The notes: generated by a model not told the origin, from the sequence alone. Shown: positions 30,608-40,349, counted from the first letter of the stretch. The stretch is 64,000 nucleotides of DNA from Euryarchaeota archaeon UBA558 (GCA_002507175.1 DAZE01000017.1:68303-132302), one strand, 5' to 3'. A program made the numbers and translations.

Positions 30608-31393
30608 ATGGTGCTTTCAGTCAACCACCCCTCTCCGCACGTTGCTTTAGTCACATTCTCCGAGAAAACCTCCCGGGACACCTTTTCCTCGGGGACCATT
30701 GAGGACGTCGTAAGTACGATTGACGGATTGATCGAGGATCCCGATACAAATGCCGTTGTGTTGACCGGAACTGGAAATTTCTTTTCCGCGGGAGGCCCTG
30801 TTGACAAGTTTGACGAGGCGATAGACGCAGGGGTCATCAGGGAGTTAGTTGAGTCAATGACCGGACACTTACACCCCCTTCTGTTGCGCATGAGAAGAAC
30901 ACCTACGGTGTTTGTCGGTGCGATAAACGGTGCTGCTGCAGGCGGGGGTTTGGGTCTTGCATTGAGTACTGACTACCGTATCTCGAATGGCAAAGCCAAA
31001 CTTGCCGCCGCGTTCTTCCGGTTAGGCCTTTCACCGGATGGGGGCACAACATGGCTCCTGCCGAGGTTAGTCGGGCTTCAGAAATCAAAGGTTTTCTTCT
31101 TCGAGAATCAAGTTTGGAGTTCAGAGAAGGCCCTTGAACACGGGGCCCTGGACGAGATAGTTCCGGAGTCTGAACTAATCTCAAGATCTATTGAGGTCGC
31201 AGGGAAATGGGGTTCATGGTCAGAAAGCAGTAGACGAGGTACGAAACAACTTCTAGATGCATCCACAACCACATTTTTTGAAACCCAACTTGAGTTTGAA
31301 AGACAACTGATGGTTGCGGCAGCAATGGAAAATGACTTCAAGGAAGGAGTAAGATCTTTCCTGGAAAAAAGGGATCCAAATTTTATGAAATGA
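30608..31393 (+). CDS. Enoyl-CoA hydratase/isomerase (PaaG-like)
   Basis: FSAGG, NGAAAGGGLGLAL and AFFRLGLSPDGG (Asp-type isomerase motif). Confidence 0.8.
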   Translation: MVLSVNHPSPHVALVTFSEKTSRDTFSSGTIEDVVSTIDGLIEDPDTNAVVLTGTGNFFSAGGPVDKFDEAIDAGVIRELVESMTGHLHPLLLRMRRTPTVFVGAINGAAAGGGLGLALSTDYRISNGKAKLAAAFFRLGLSPDGGTTWLLPRLVGLQKSKVFFFENQVWSSEKALEHGALDEIVPESELISRSIEVAGKWGSWSESSRRGTKQLLDASTTTFFETQLEFERQLMVAAAMENDFKEGVRSFLEKRDPNFMK

Positions 31394-31394
31394 G

Positions 31395-31676
31395 TCATTC
31401 ATGTCCTCGCAATCGAATTACTCCAAGGATTATCAATGAAATGCATCCCAACGCTGCGAGATTTGCGAGTATGATTGATAGCGATCTGATTAAAACTCCG
31501 TAAATCAGCCAAGCAGAGAGTGCGGTTGCAATCAAACCGAAGGTTGGAAGCGAGATACCCTCGTGTTTTCCCGCAAACCAAACCTCCTTTATTTGGGGGA
31601 TCCATGCAATCACGCCGATCATACCTGCAAACAGGCCAATAGCTTCTATCCATAGTTCGGCCAATTCATTCATCAA
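31395..31676 (-). CDS. SemiSWEET / PQ-loop family transporter
   Basis: 93 aa with three TM helices, WIPQI, GIS, WLIYG and ANL. Confidence 0.8.
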   Translation of the reverse strand: MMNELAELWIEAIGLFAGMIGVIAWIPQIKEVWFAGKHEGISLPTFGLIATALSAWLIYGVLIRSLSIILANLAALGCISLIILGVIRLRGHE

Positions 31677-32442
31677 CCCCTGGAATAATTCTACCCTCCA
31701 TACCGCCTGATACCTCTAGAACTTGCCCGGAGATGTGTCCACTATATGCGTCATGAAGTAGGAAAGAGACCGCTGAAGCCACATCTTTTGGAATCGCCAA
31801 TTTTTTGATCGACATAGTCCTTAGCGCTGTTTTTGAAATACTCTCATCGAAGCCATCGTTGATTTTTGACTCGGTAAGTGTCCAGCCCGGTGCCACAGCA
31901 TTGACTCTGACTCCAGTCCCTGCTACATCATTTTTCAGAGTTTTGAGTAAGCCGCTTGTGATGGCCCCTTTAGCGCATGCATAGTCAACATGACCCCGCT
32001 CTCCATGGATGCCAGCTGTTGAACCAACCAGTACTAGAGAACCATTTCCACGCTCCACCGCACGCCTCAAGAACTCTCGAGATGTGTAGAATGAAACTTT
32101 GAGATTTAGATCGAGAGTCTCCGACAGCCTGTCACCACTGATCTCCCACGCTGGTAGCGATTCAGTCGGGTACTTACCAGCGTTTGCGACACAACAGTCC
32201 AGGCTCCCGTGTAAATCCTCAATTTGTTTGAAAAGGTTGACTGCATCATCTTCGTCCGTCAAATCGGCTTGAATTGCAATACCACCAATCTCCTTTGCAA
32301 GATCCTCTGCTCGGAGTTTTGAGTTGTAATAGTGTACTACGACTTCTGCCCCAAAAGCATGCAACTGGCGACATATCTCAGTTCCTATCCCTCCGGCACC
32401 ACCCGTGACAAGGACTTTCGCCCCAGAAAAATCCAGTATCAT
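31666..32442 (-). CDS. SDR family oxidoreductase
   Basis: TGGAGGIG, ANAG, YACAK and VNAVAPG. Confidence 0.92.
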   Translation of the reverse strand: MILDFSGAKVLVTGGAGGIGTEICRQLHAFGAEVVVHYYNSKLRAEDLAKEIGGIAIQADLTDEDDAVNLFKQIEDLHGSLDCCVANAGKYPTESLPAWEISGDRLSETLDLNLKVSFYTSREFLRRAVERGNGSLVLVGSTAGIHGERGHVDYACAKGAITSGLLKTLKNDVAGTGVRVNAVAPGWTLTESKINDGFDESISKTALRTMSIKKLAIPKDVASAVSFLLHDAYSGHISGQVLEVSGGMEGRIIPGVDE

Positions 32443-33341
32443 CGCCCCCCAAGGTCCTCTCGATCAGCCTTTTGACCGTCCTTCCAATGGTAAATGCCGA
32501 TCCCAGTCTTTTTTCCGAGGCTTCCCTCCTTGACTAATTTTTCAAGAAGCGGATGGGGGAGATACCTCTGGTCACCAAGTGACTCTGATAAACCGTTGAG
32601 GATATCCCTTCTGACGTCCAGTCCAACCATGTCTGACAATTCGAGAGGCCCCATTGGGTGCTTGTACCCAAGCCTCATTGCAGTGTCAATGTCTGATGCA
32701 GATGCCACTCCTTCTGCAAGCATACGAATAGCCTCGTTCCCAAGAACAACCCCAAGTCGACTAGTTGCAAAACCTGGCACATCATTCACCAGAATAGTAG
32801 TCTTATCGATTATAGCCCCTATCTTTCGGATGGTATCTATCGTGTTTTGATCGTTTTTGTCATGTCGGACGATCTCTAATAGTTTCATTAGTGGCACTGG
32901 ATTGAAAAAATGCATTCCAATCACTCTCTCAGGTCGCGAAAGGCCGTCAGCCAGCGCCCCGATCGAGAGGCTGGATGTGTTGCTTGCAAGAATCGCTCCC
33001 GGCTTTGCAATCTTATCCAGTTCAGAGAATATCCCTTTTTTGAGGTCTAGGTTTTCAGGAGCGGCCTCAATTATCAAGTCTGCATCGCTTGTGGTTTTCT
33101 CTAGTTCTCCCCCATAGCTAAGATTTCGGGACCAATTTTCTTTGTCTTCTATGTTGGTTTTCCCTCGTTCTATCCCCTTTTTCCAGAAGTCATTGATTTG
33201 ATTTATTCCTCGTTCTAGACTCTCAGGATATGGATCGAAAAGTCGGGTTTCAAATCCCTTTTCCGCAAACACTTGTGCAATTCCAGCACCCATCGCTCCC
33301 GCGCCAATCACTGCGACAGTCCCTATCCCCTCATCCCTCAT
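32439..33341 (-). CDS. 3-hydroxyacyl-CoA dehydrogenase (PaaH/Hbd-like)
   Basis: GAGAMGAG, EAAPE, ASNTSS, GMHFFNP and HPMGPLELSD. Confidence 0.93.
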   Translation of the reverse strand: MRDEGIGTVAVIGAGAMGAGIAQVFAEKGFETRLFDPYPESLERGINQINDFWKKGIERGKTNIEDKENWSRNLSYGGELEKTTSDADLIIEAAPENLDLKKGIFSELDKIAKPGAILASNTSSLSIGALADGLSRPERVIGMHFFNPVPLMKLLEIVRHDKNDQNTIDTIRKIGAIIDKTTILVNDVPGFATSRLGVVLGNEAIRMLAEGVASASDIDTAMRLGYKHPMGPLELSDMVGLDVRRDILNGLSESLGDQRYLPHPLLEKLVKEGSLGKKTGIGIYHWKDGQKADREDLGGR

Positions 33342-33367
33342 GATGCAATCAGGGATAACAAAGGACT

Positions 33368-33931
33368 TCAGGCTTCGCGACCATACTGAGCAATTGCAGC
33401 CTGAAACAACCGTTGTCTTGGGACGTCGTGCTCTAGGAAGCAGGTGAAGGGAGCTAGATCTTTAATCAGCTCAATAGTACCCACGTAGGCGCCATAAATG
33501 AATGGGTCTGCTTTTGTGGTGTCAGGAATGTCAAATCCTAGTTTTTTCAGTCCTGATCGCGTGTCCTGGTCCCAAATCGTGTAGGTGTGACTAGTGAAGT
33601 GTAGGTACGCTGATATTCTACGGACATCGTTTGTGATGACGTCATCAAGGCTTTCTAGAAGTAGCGTGTCTGGATATCTAATTGCGAGTAAGAAAAGGCG
33701 CAGCATCAATTCCTGGTCTTGGTTTAGATTACGATGTTCGAGCCCCATCCAGTCATCGATCATGTCCAGCATCTCGCTAGTGAGAGGTCTGTGGATTTTG
33801 TACAACAACTCCTCGTAGACATCTGGTTTCTCTTCTTCACGGTTGTGATATTTGTCGAACAACTCGGGCACCCTATCGAAAAATGGTGCGAGCAATTTCC
33901 TATCAACGTTCAATAGCGCGTGAGTTTGCAT
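33368..33931 (-). CDS. Hypothetical protein
   Basis: 187-aa ORF co-oriented within the CoA-catabolic cluster and filling the space; no confident family. Confidence 0.6.
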   Translation of the reverse strand: MQTHALLNVDRKLLAPFFDRVPELFDKYHNREEEKPDVYEELLYKIHRPLTSEMLDMIDDWMGLEHRNLNQDQELMLRLFLLAIRYPDTLLLESLDDVITNDVRRISAYLHFTSHTYTIWDQDTRSGLKKLGFDIPDTTKADPFIYGAYVGTIELIKDLAPFTCFLEHDVPRQRLFQAAIAQYGREA

Positions 33932-33959
33932 CAGATCATCTCCAGTTATTGCTTAGGGA

Positions 33960-35105
33960 TCAGCCCTTCCACTCACGATATTGAATCCACTCTACGCCGG
34001 GGGCCATGTACTCCTCCACAAGCTTACGCTCATCTTCATCTGATGGCAGGACTTCGGAGAGGTAGGCTCGGTATTCCTCCGGACTCCCCTCAAATTCATC
34101 TCCTTTGACGGTATACATCTCTGACGAATATTTTCCTATCCCCCGGTTGAACTTGTCAGATGGTATGTATAGTTCCGGTTCGCCTTCTTTTCGACCCTTG
34201 CTTATTCTTACCATTTCTGCTTTTAACTCATCGAAGTACAACCCCCTACTGGCTTCATTCAGGTGTTCTCGGTCAGCCTCTTGCTCGGATTCCCTCTCGT
34301 CGTATCTACCCTTAACGCCATACACATATGCCCATTGGGCTGATGTGGATTCGTCCGTGCCAAATAGGTCGAGTCCCGTGCTCACCCACTTGTTGATGTA
34401 TTTCTGTAGAAATGAGACTGGGATAACTCCCGCTTTAACAATCCTTCTTAGCCCATTTGCCCCGGTTCCTAGGTGGAAAGACTCCTCTTTCAACATGGGC
34501 CCCATGGATGCAGATAGAGGCTGAAATGAACTAGTGGAGAGCATTTTCAATTGATACTTCCCATCTCTGTCTATGAAGTGAGTAAAGCAAAAGAAATCTA
34601 GCCAGTGATCTATAGGGGCGTTGAAAGAACCAAGGAGCCTAGTTCCATCTTGCGCATTCCTCTCAAGCAATTTTGCAGCTTCTCTTACGCCTTGTTCTCC
34701 GAAGTATGTGCACAATAGGTACGCCATCTGCCATCCATGTCGCTGCTCTTCACACATTATCCTCAATGCGGATTTTCTGTCGTATTCTGTTGGGGCGGTG
34801 GCAAGTAAGTGATTCTGCTGTTCGACAGATGCAAACTCTGTGTCTCCTTGGACGCTAATCATGTTAATTATAGCATCACGAATGTTTTGCTGAGGGATTT
34901 GCATCCTCCTGCTCCATTTTGGCATTCCTTCGAAATCTCCGAATTCGATGGTCTTCCCCGCGGAATCCCAGTCGAATCTGATCTCAAATCGATAGTCACC
35001 TAACCATGCTGGGTCGAATCCTATCCTAGTTTGCCATTCATGGAATTCTCTGACCCAGCCCTCAAAATTGGGGGTATATGCCTCAACTACATCCGTCTTG
35101 CTCAT
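33960..35105 (-). CDS. boxB: BoxB-like diiron aryl-CoA epoxidase subunit (PaaA/BoxB family)
   Basis: QGDTEFASVEQQ, EEQRH, FTHFIDRDGKYQL and MLKEESFH parallel the recalled BoxB motifs QGDTEPASVEQQ, EEGRH, FTYFTDRDGKFQL and MLTEEAHH. Confidence 0.8.
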   Translation of the reverse strand: MSKTDVVEAYTPNFEGWVREFHEWQTRIGFDPAWLGDYRFEIRFDWDSAGKTIEFGDFEGMPKWSRRMQIPQQNIRDAIINMISVQGDTEFASVEQQNHLLATAPTEYDRKSALRIMCEEQRHGWQMAYLLCTYFGEQGVREAAKLLERNAQDGTRLLGSFNAPIDHWLDFFCFTHFIDRDGKYQLKMLSTSSFQPLSASMGPMLKEESFHLGTGANGLRRIVKAGVIPVSFLQKYINKWVSTGLDLFGTDESTSAQWAYVYGVKGRYDERESEQEADREHLNEASRGLYFDELKAEMVRISKGRKEGEPELYIPSDKFNRGIGKYSSEMYTVKGDEFEGSPEEYRAYLSEVLPSDEDERKLVEEYMAPGVEWIQYREWKG

Positions 35106-35176
35106 GGTCCCTTGAAAGATTAGGTCGTATTTCAAGTTCGGGCTTGATCCATGAGTTCAATGTCCGATATGAAAAA

Positions 35177-36037
35177 TCAATTTCCAGTAAATTTCGGTGT
35201 CTTCTTGTCTACGTATGCTGCTATCCCGGCCTTCGCATCTTCTGATTGGAAGAGGTCTGATTGTAGTTCTCTTTCCAATGCAAGATGGTACTCTAATGGA
35301 ATCTCAAGACCACTTTGCACACTCCTTTTTATGTTGCCAATGGCTTTTGCGGCAGCAAACGGCAGCGAGAATTGTCCAGCGTAATCCAAGACATCTTGGC
35401 GAAATTCATCTAGACTCATGCTGTCGTATATGTCATGAACGAGTGACATGTCCTTTGCTTCTTCAAACTGGAACTTTCTTCCTGTGACCATGATCTCCAT
35501 TGACTTTGCCTTACCAACTAGTCGAGAAAGTCTTGCAGTACCTCCAGTCCCGGCTAAAACCCCCAGAGAGACCTCTGGTAGTCCGACTTGGAAATTCCCT
35601 TTTCTTGCAATTCGAATATCTGCGGCCATGGCAATCTCCAAACCACCGCCCACAGTGTGACCGTTGAGAGCAGCAATAACCAACTTGGGAGTTTGTTCCA
35701 GTCTGCTGAGTGTTTCATTGGCGTGGAGACAGAAGAAATATTTGTATCTCGGACTTAGTTTGTTGAGGTACTTTATGCTCGCTCCAGCGGAGAAAAACTT
35801 GTCTCCGTGGCCTGTGAGGAGGATTACGCTGACATCATCATCGAATCTTGCGCTCAAAATCGCATCGTCTATATCATGCCACATCTCTCGAGTGTAGGTG
35901 TTTACGGGGGTCTTTCCTTCCTGGAGAGGTGCTCCCTCTGAGTCTGAGATCAATTCGATGATCGCGATTCCATTCTCTGTGACCCCATAGTTGACGAGTT
36001 TGTTTTTCATTGGTGCTAGCTCTGGCCAATCTGCCAT
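35177..36037 (-). CDS. Crotonase-family enzyme resembling the N-terminal half of BoxC
   Basis: FSAGASI, KYFFCLHANET, NGHTVGGGLE and LPEVSLGVLAGTGG; adjacent to the boxB-like gene. Confidence 0.7.
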   Translation of the reverse strand: MADWPELAPMKNKLVNYGVTENGIAIIELISDSEGAPLQEGKTPVNTYTREMWHDIDDAILSARFDDDVSVILLTGHGDKFFSAGASIKYLNKLSPRYKYFFCLHANETLSRLEQTPKLVIAALNGHTVGGGLEIAMAADIRIARKGNFQVGLPEVSLGVLAGTGGTARLSRLVGKAKSMEIMVTGRKFQFEEAKDMSLVHDIYDSMSLDEFRQDVLDYAGQFSLPFAAAKAIGNIKRSVQSGLEIPLEYHLALERELQSDLFQSEDAKAGIAAYVDKKTPKFTGN

Positions 36038-36104
36038 GGCCATCCGATGGTAATGGCCCATATCAACCAAGCGATGGATGGAACTATTGATTCAGAACCA
36101 ACTA

Positions 36105-37346
36105 TCACTGGTCGCTTGAATTGAAGGAAGTTTTTCCACCTGTCCTCTGAATATTTTTCCATTGTGCAGCCACTAGCTTGGCCTCCGCACTTGGCTTCCA
36201 ATCGTCTCGCTTCAGTGCCTTCCTGAATGGCATCCTAAGATAAGACCGGCCATCAGAGGTAACTCCCTTGGTTAGCATACCAAAACGAACTAATGGCCAC
36301 AACATCCTCCTGAAGATACCAGGCTTGTAGATCAGACGCATAAACCCCAGTCCATCACCTGTTTTCTTTTGATCTCTCATCCAGTGTTTCGCGACTGCCT
36401 TGAAACCCCTGTCTCCCATCCTGTTCATTATGAATCGGTTCGTCGCGCTCACTTTGACGAGTGGGAGTAGTTTCGTCCTGACCTCTTTCTCATAACTGAC
36501 CTCTCCTAGCATGGACTTTGCCGCCAAAACCCCGCTGGTAATTGCGTATCTCATGCCAAATCCCCACATAAAGTCTTGAAGCCCACCAGCCTCACCGACA
36601 TAGTACCTACCATCAAATACGTATTTTTCAGGGAGTGAAAAATCTCCTTTTCCACCGACTCGTTTTATTGGTTTCCTATCTAAGTCATAGTGTTTATCAT
36701 ACCAAGCTATTGTTTCGTCTAGGAACCGTCCGCTCTTGCGTTGTTTTCTCCACAGGCAAGTGCAAATTAATCCCACTCCATCGATGATGATCATGTAGCT
36801 GTAAGCTCCGGGTGCCAGTTTGTCATTTAATTGAAAAGTCACATGATTGGGATGACCGGTCTCGAAAATCTCTCCGAAGGCCACTGCGCTGGACTCCTTG
36901 GGTCCAGCCGCAATTATGTCACATTGAGAAGGATTCACTTTCACACCGTAGTGAATTTTCACTCCGGCTTCAAGTGCCATTTTCTTGAAGCCTTGATCTA
37001 TGCAGTGACTATCCGTACCTCGTTCGACAACTCTGAATGCAACCCCGTTTGTCACAGGGTTGGTAATTACGTCATCCGGATGGACCAAGTCGACAACTCC
37101 AAACGGATTTGACTTGAAAGAATTCGGATCAAGCCCCCATTCCCGCATTTCATCGAAGAAATCAATCTCTGATGTCCAATTCTCTATTCCTTGAAAATCT
37201 CCGTCAAATCTTGCCCCGCTATCCTGCCTAACTTCATGAACGTGGACTTCTTTTCCCGACTTCGCCAATATTATGGCAGAGGACAACCCAGATAGTCCAG
37301 CCCCGAGTATGTCAACCCGCTCGCTCACGCTAGTTGCAGTTCCCAT
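36105..37346 (-). CDS. FAD-dependent oxidoreductase (geranylgeranyl reductase-like)
   Basis: GAGLSG, APGAYSY and VGEAGGLQDFMWGFGMRYA. Start uncertain. Confidence 0.75.
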   Translation of the reverse strand: MGTATSVSERVDILGAGLSGLSSAIILAKSGKEVHVHEVRQDSGARFDGDFQGIENWTSEIDFFDEMREWGLDPNSFKSNPFGVVDLVHPDDVITNPVTNGVAFRVVERGTDSHCIDQGFKKMALEAGVKIHYGVKVNPSQCDIIAAGPKESSAVAFGEIFETGHPNHVTFQLNDKLAPGAYSYMIIIDGVGLICTCLWRKQRKSGRFLDETIAWYDKHYDLDRKPIKRVGGKGDFSLPEKYVFDGRYYVGEAGGLQDFMWGFGMRYAITSGVLAAKSMLGEVSYEKEVRTKLLPLVKVSATNRFIMNRMGDRGFKAVAKHWMRDQKKTGDGLGFMRLIYKPGIFRRMLWPLVRFGMLTKGVTSDGRSYLRMPFRKALKRDDWKPSAEAKLVAAQWKNIQRTGGKTSFNSSDQ

Positions 37347-37387
37347 GTAGAGATAAGCACTATCCCTCTGAACTGCCACGGTGGCAT

Positions 37388-37807
37388 GTGCCAGTAGCGG
37401 TTTCAGTCACTGAAGGCCCGATCGATACAATGGGCTTGCTTTCTGAATTGAGCAAAGATGGTGTTGGTGCGATTGCATCATTCATTGGAATTGTGAGGCC
37501 GGTAAATGAGAGTGAGAAGGTTTTGAGTTTAGAGTTTGAGACTTGGGATGAAAAACTCCCCCAAGTACTAATGGATATAGGAAATAAAGCATTAAATCAA
37601 TACAGCCTTCATTCAATATCAATCACACACCGGAAGGGGACTGTGTTGCCTGGTGAAATTATTGTGTGCATCCATGCAACTTCTGCCCATAGAGCTGAGG
37701 CTTTTGCAGGCTGCAGTTGGACAATAGACGAATTGAAACGTCAAGCACCCATTTGGAAAAAAGAAAAAACTCAGAGTGGCTCATATTGGATCGAGGGCCT
37801 GGGGTGA
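37388..37807 (+). CDS. moaE: Molybdopterin synthase catalytic subunit
   Basis: GAIASFIGIVR, HRKG, SAHRAEAF and LKRQAPIWKKE. Confidence 0.92.
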   Translation: MPVAVSVTEGPIDTMGLLSELSKDGVGAIASFIGIVRPVNESEKVLSLEFETWDEKLPQVLMDIGNKALNQYSLHSISITHRKGTVLPGEIIVCIHATSAHRAEAFAGCSWTIDELKRQAPIWKKEKTQSGSYWIEGLG

Positions 37808-37845
37808 ACCCTCCCGCCTAAGTACTCCCTGCCTCAGCGGTACCC

Positions 37846-38301
37846 ATGACGAAAACCCCCATGATCGTCGACATCAGTGAAAAATCAACCATCATTCGCC
37901 GCGCTTCTGCATCTGGAGTCTTGTGCGTGTCACCGATGGTGGTTTCAAAGGTACATGAAGGAGCCACAGAGAAGGGAGATGTCAGAAATTCTGCTTCGTT
38001 AGCAGCGATATTAGCAGTAAAAAAAACCCCCTTGAGTCTGCCTCATTGCCATCCGATACCCATTGAGGGTTGCAACGTCGAATGGCAAAACGTGGAAAAT
38101 GGACTGAAATGCATTGTGACTGTGTCCACAACCTCAAAGACAGGTGTTGAGATGGAGGCTCTTAGTGGCGTTTCGACAGCTTTGCTTTGTGCTTGGGACA
38201 TGCTAAAGCCAATACTGAAGGACTCAACCGGGCAATATCCTGAGACAAGAATTAGCGACGTTGCTGTAATTACAAAAGTGAAGATTCCAACAGAGAATTG
38301 A
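37846..38301 (+). CDS. moaC: Cyclic pyranopterin monophosphate synthase
   Basis: IVDISEK, KGDV, PHCHPIP, TGVEMEAL and DMLK. Confidence 0.94.
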   Translation: MTKTPMIVDISEKSTIIRRASASGVLCVSPMVVSKVHEGATEKGDVRNSASLAAILAVKKTPLSLPHCHPIPIEGCNVEWQNVENGLKCIVTVSTTSKTGVEMEALSGVSTALLCAWDMLKPILKDSTGQYPETRISDVAVITKVKIPTEN

Positions 38302-38326
38302 TGGTTCGTGCCCGTATCCGGCATTC

Positions 38327-39280
38327 ATGCCTGTGCGCGACCTTACCAATGATTTCATTCGCGCGACAAGTTCTGCTGCCCTAGCAGCTCACGAATGGGT
38401 TGGCAAGGGGGATGGAAAAGCCGCAGATGGAGCGGCAGTAGAGTCAATGAGATCAGTTTTTGATTCCATTCCATTCAATGGAAGAGTAGCGATTGGAGAG
38501 GGAGAGAGGGACGATGCCCCAATGCTCTGGATTGGGGAGATGTTGGGTTCTCTCAGAGATGATCCACACGCAGAGAAGATTGACATTGCGGTCGATCCGT
38601 TGGAATGCACAAATCATGTGGCTTACAACAGACCAAACGCTATGGCCGTTTTAGCAGCCGCACCCAGAGGTGAGTTGTTGCATGCGCCTGACTGTTACAT
38701 GGACAAGTTGGCAGGATGCACTGCGCTTATCGGAGAAATTAGCCTCGAGGGTACCGTAGAATACAATCTTGAGGCTGCTGGAGACGCACTGAATAAACCA
38801 ATATCGGACTTGGAAGTCGTTGTGATGGATCGTCCGAGGCACGAGGATCTCATATCAAAGATACAAATCATGGGCGCAAAGGTTTCACTAATTGGGGACG
38901 GGGACATTACCGCAGCTCTGGATTCGGCAGACAGAAATTCCTCCACCGACTTGTTGATGGGTATTGGCGCAGCGCCTGAGGGAGTAATTACCGCAACCGC
39001 TTTACGTGGTCTGAACGCTTTCTTCGAGGGGCGGTTGGTGACTACAAACCCCGCCCACAAAAAAAGGGCCATTCAGATGGTAGGAGATAAGATGGAACAC
39101 ATATGGGGAAGGGATGAGTTGTGCTCGTCCAAAGACTCGGTGTACATAGGGTCCGGAGTTTGTAGGGGCCGAGTCCCGGGGCCTGTTAAGAATCCTGATG
39201 GGTCTATAGTGGTCACCTCGGAGGTTATCGACGTAAGCACATCAACGACAAGGATAGAAAAAATGACATTCAATGTGTAG
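38327..39280 (+). CDS. glpX: Fructose-1,6-bisphosphatase class II
   Basis: IGEGERDDAPML, DIAVDPLE, YMDK, DRPRH, DGD and PEGV. Confidence 0.93.
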   Translation: MPVRDLTNDFIRATSSAALAAHEWVGKGDGKAADGAAVESMRSVFDSIPFNGRVAIGEGERDDAPMLWIGEMLGSLRDDPHAEKIDIAVDPLECTNHVAYNRPNAMAVLAAAPRGELLHAPDCYMDKLAGCTALIGEISLEGTVEYNLEAAGDALNKPISDLEVVVMDRPRHEDLISKIQIMGAKVSLIGDGDITAALDSADRNSSTDLLMGIGAAPEGVITATALRGLNAFFEGRLVTTNPAHKKRAIQMVGDKMEHIWGRDELCSSKDSVYIGSGVCRGRVPGPVKNPDGSIVVTSEVIDVSTSTTRIEKMTFNV

Positions 39281-39331
39281 ATCCTATTCGATGCATTCAT
39301 TCATACCTCCCCGGGTGGAAGCATCGTTAGT

Positions 39332-40339
39332 ATGACCTCCCACCCTCTGGAAACAATTGCAAAATCACTAGTTCGCCAAGGTAAGGGAATTCTCGCAGCC
39401 GATGAAAGCAATGGAACAATGTCAAAAAGACTCGAAGCAGTGGGTGTTGAAGCAAATCCGGAGTCTAGAAGACTGTACAGAACCGCAATGTTCTCTACAC
39501 CCGGGTTAGAAAAATACATTTCCGGAGTAATTCTATTTGATGAAACAATTAGACAAAAAATGGAAGAAGGCACCCCTATTCCCAGATATTTGACTGACAG
39601 AGGAATCCTTCCGGGGATAAAAGTAGATACTGGCGCAAAACCATTGGCCGGACACACAGGAGAGACCGTCACAGAGGGATTGGATGGACTCAGGGAAAGG
39701 TGTGAGGAATACTACAACATGGGTGCAAGGTTCGCAAAATGGAGAGCAGTTATCTCCATATCTGAAAACCGTCCCAGCGCAGCATCAGTATCAACAAATT
39801 CCCACGCTCTTGCGAGATATGCCTCAATATGTCAGGAACAGGGTCTTGTGCCCATAATCGAGCCTGAGGTGTTGATGGATGGTGGCCACAGCATTATGGA
39901 ATGTTTCGAAGTCACATCTAGGGTACTAAAAGCCGTTTATTCAGAATGTCAAATACAGGGTGTTATGCTATCTGGGACTATTCTCAAGCCAAATATGGTA
40001 CTTTCAGGAAAAGAATCACCTGGTAGAACGGCCGATGAAGTTGCAAAATTAACTTGCGAAGCACTCCAACAAAATGTTCCCAACGAAGTAGCAGGTATCG
40101 CATTCCTTTCGGGAGGCCAGTCTGATTACAACGCCACAAACCACCTCAACAGGATAAATCAGATCGCGGACAAACCACCATGGCCAATTACCTTCTCTTT
40201 TGGAAGAGCATTGTTGGCAGATGCACTTTCTTTGTGGGCAAGATCACAAACTGAGGCCGCACAAATGAAACTACTCAAAAGAAGTGCCGAGAACTCACTT
40301 GCCTCTGAGGGAGGCTGGAAAGAGGGGCTTAGTCAATAA
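39332..40339 (+). CDS. fba: Fructose-bisphosphate aldolase class I (glycolytic family, eukaryote/bacterial type)
   Basis: GKGILAADES, GIKVD, EGLDGL, FAKWRAV, VPIIEPEV, LKPNMV, FLSGGQS and FSFGRAL. Confidence 0.95.
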   Translation: MTSHPLETIAKSLVRQGKGILAADESNGTMSKRLEAVGVEANPESRRLYRTAMFSTPGLEKYISGVILFDETIRQKMEEGTPIPRYLTDRGILPGIKVDTGAKPLAGHTGETVTEGLDGLRERCEEYYNMGARFAKWRAVISISENRPSAASVSTNSHALARYASICQEQGLVPIIEPEVLMDGGHSIMECFEVTSRVLKAVYSECQIQGVMLSGTILKPNMVLSGKESPGRTADEVAKLTCEALQQNVPNEVAGIAFLSGGQSDYNATNHLNRINQIADKPPWPITFSFGRALLADALSLWARSQTEAAQMKLLKRSAENSLASEGGWKEGLSQ

Positions 40340-40349
40340 CCCATACCAT

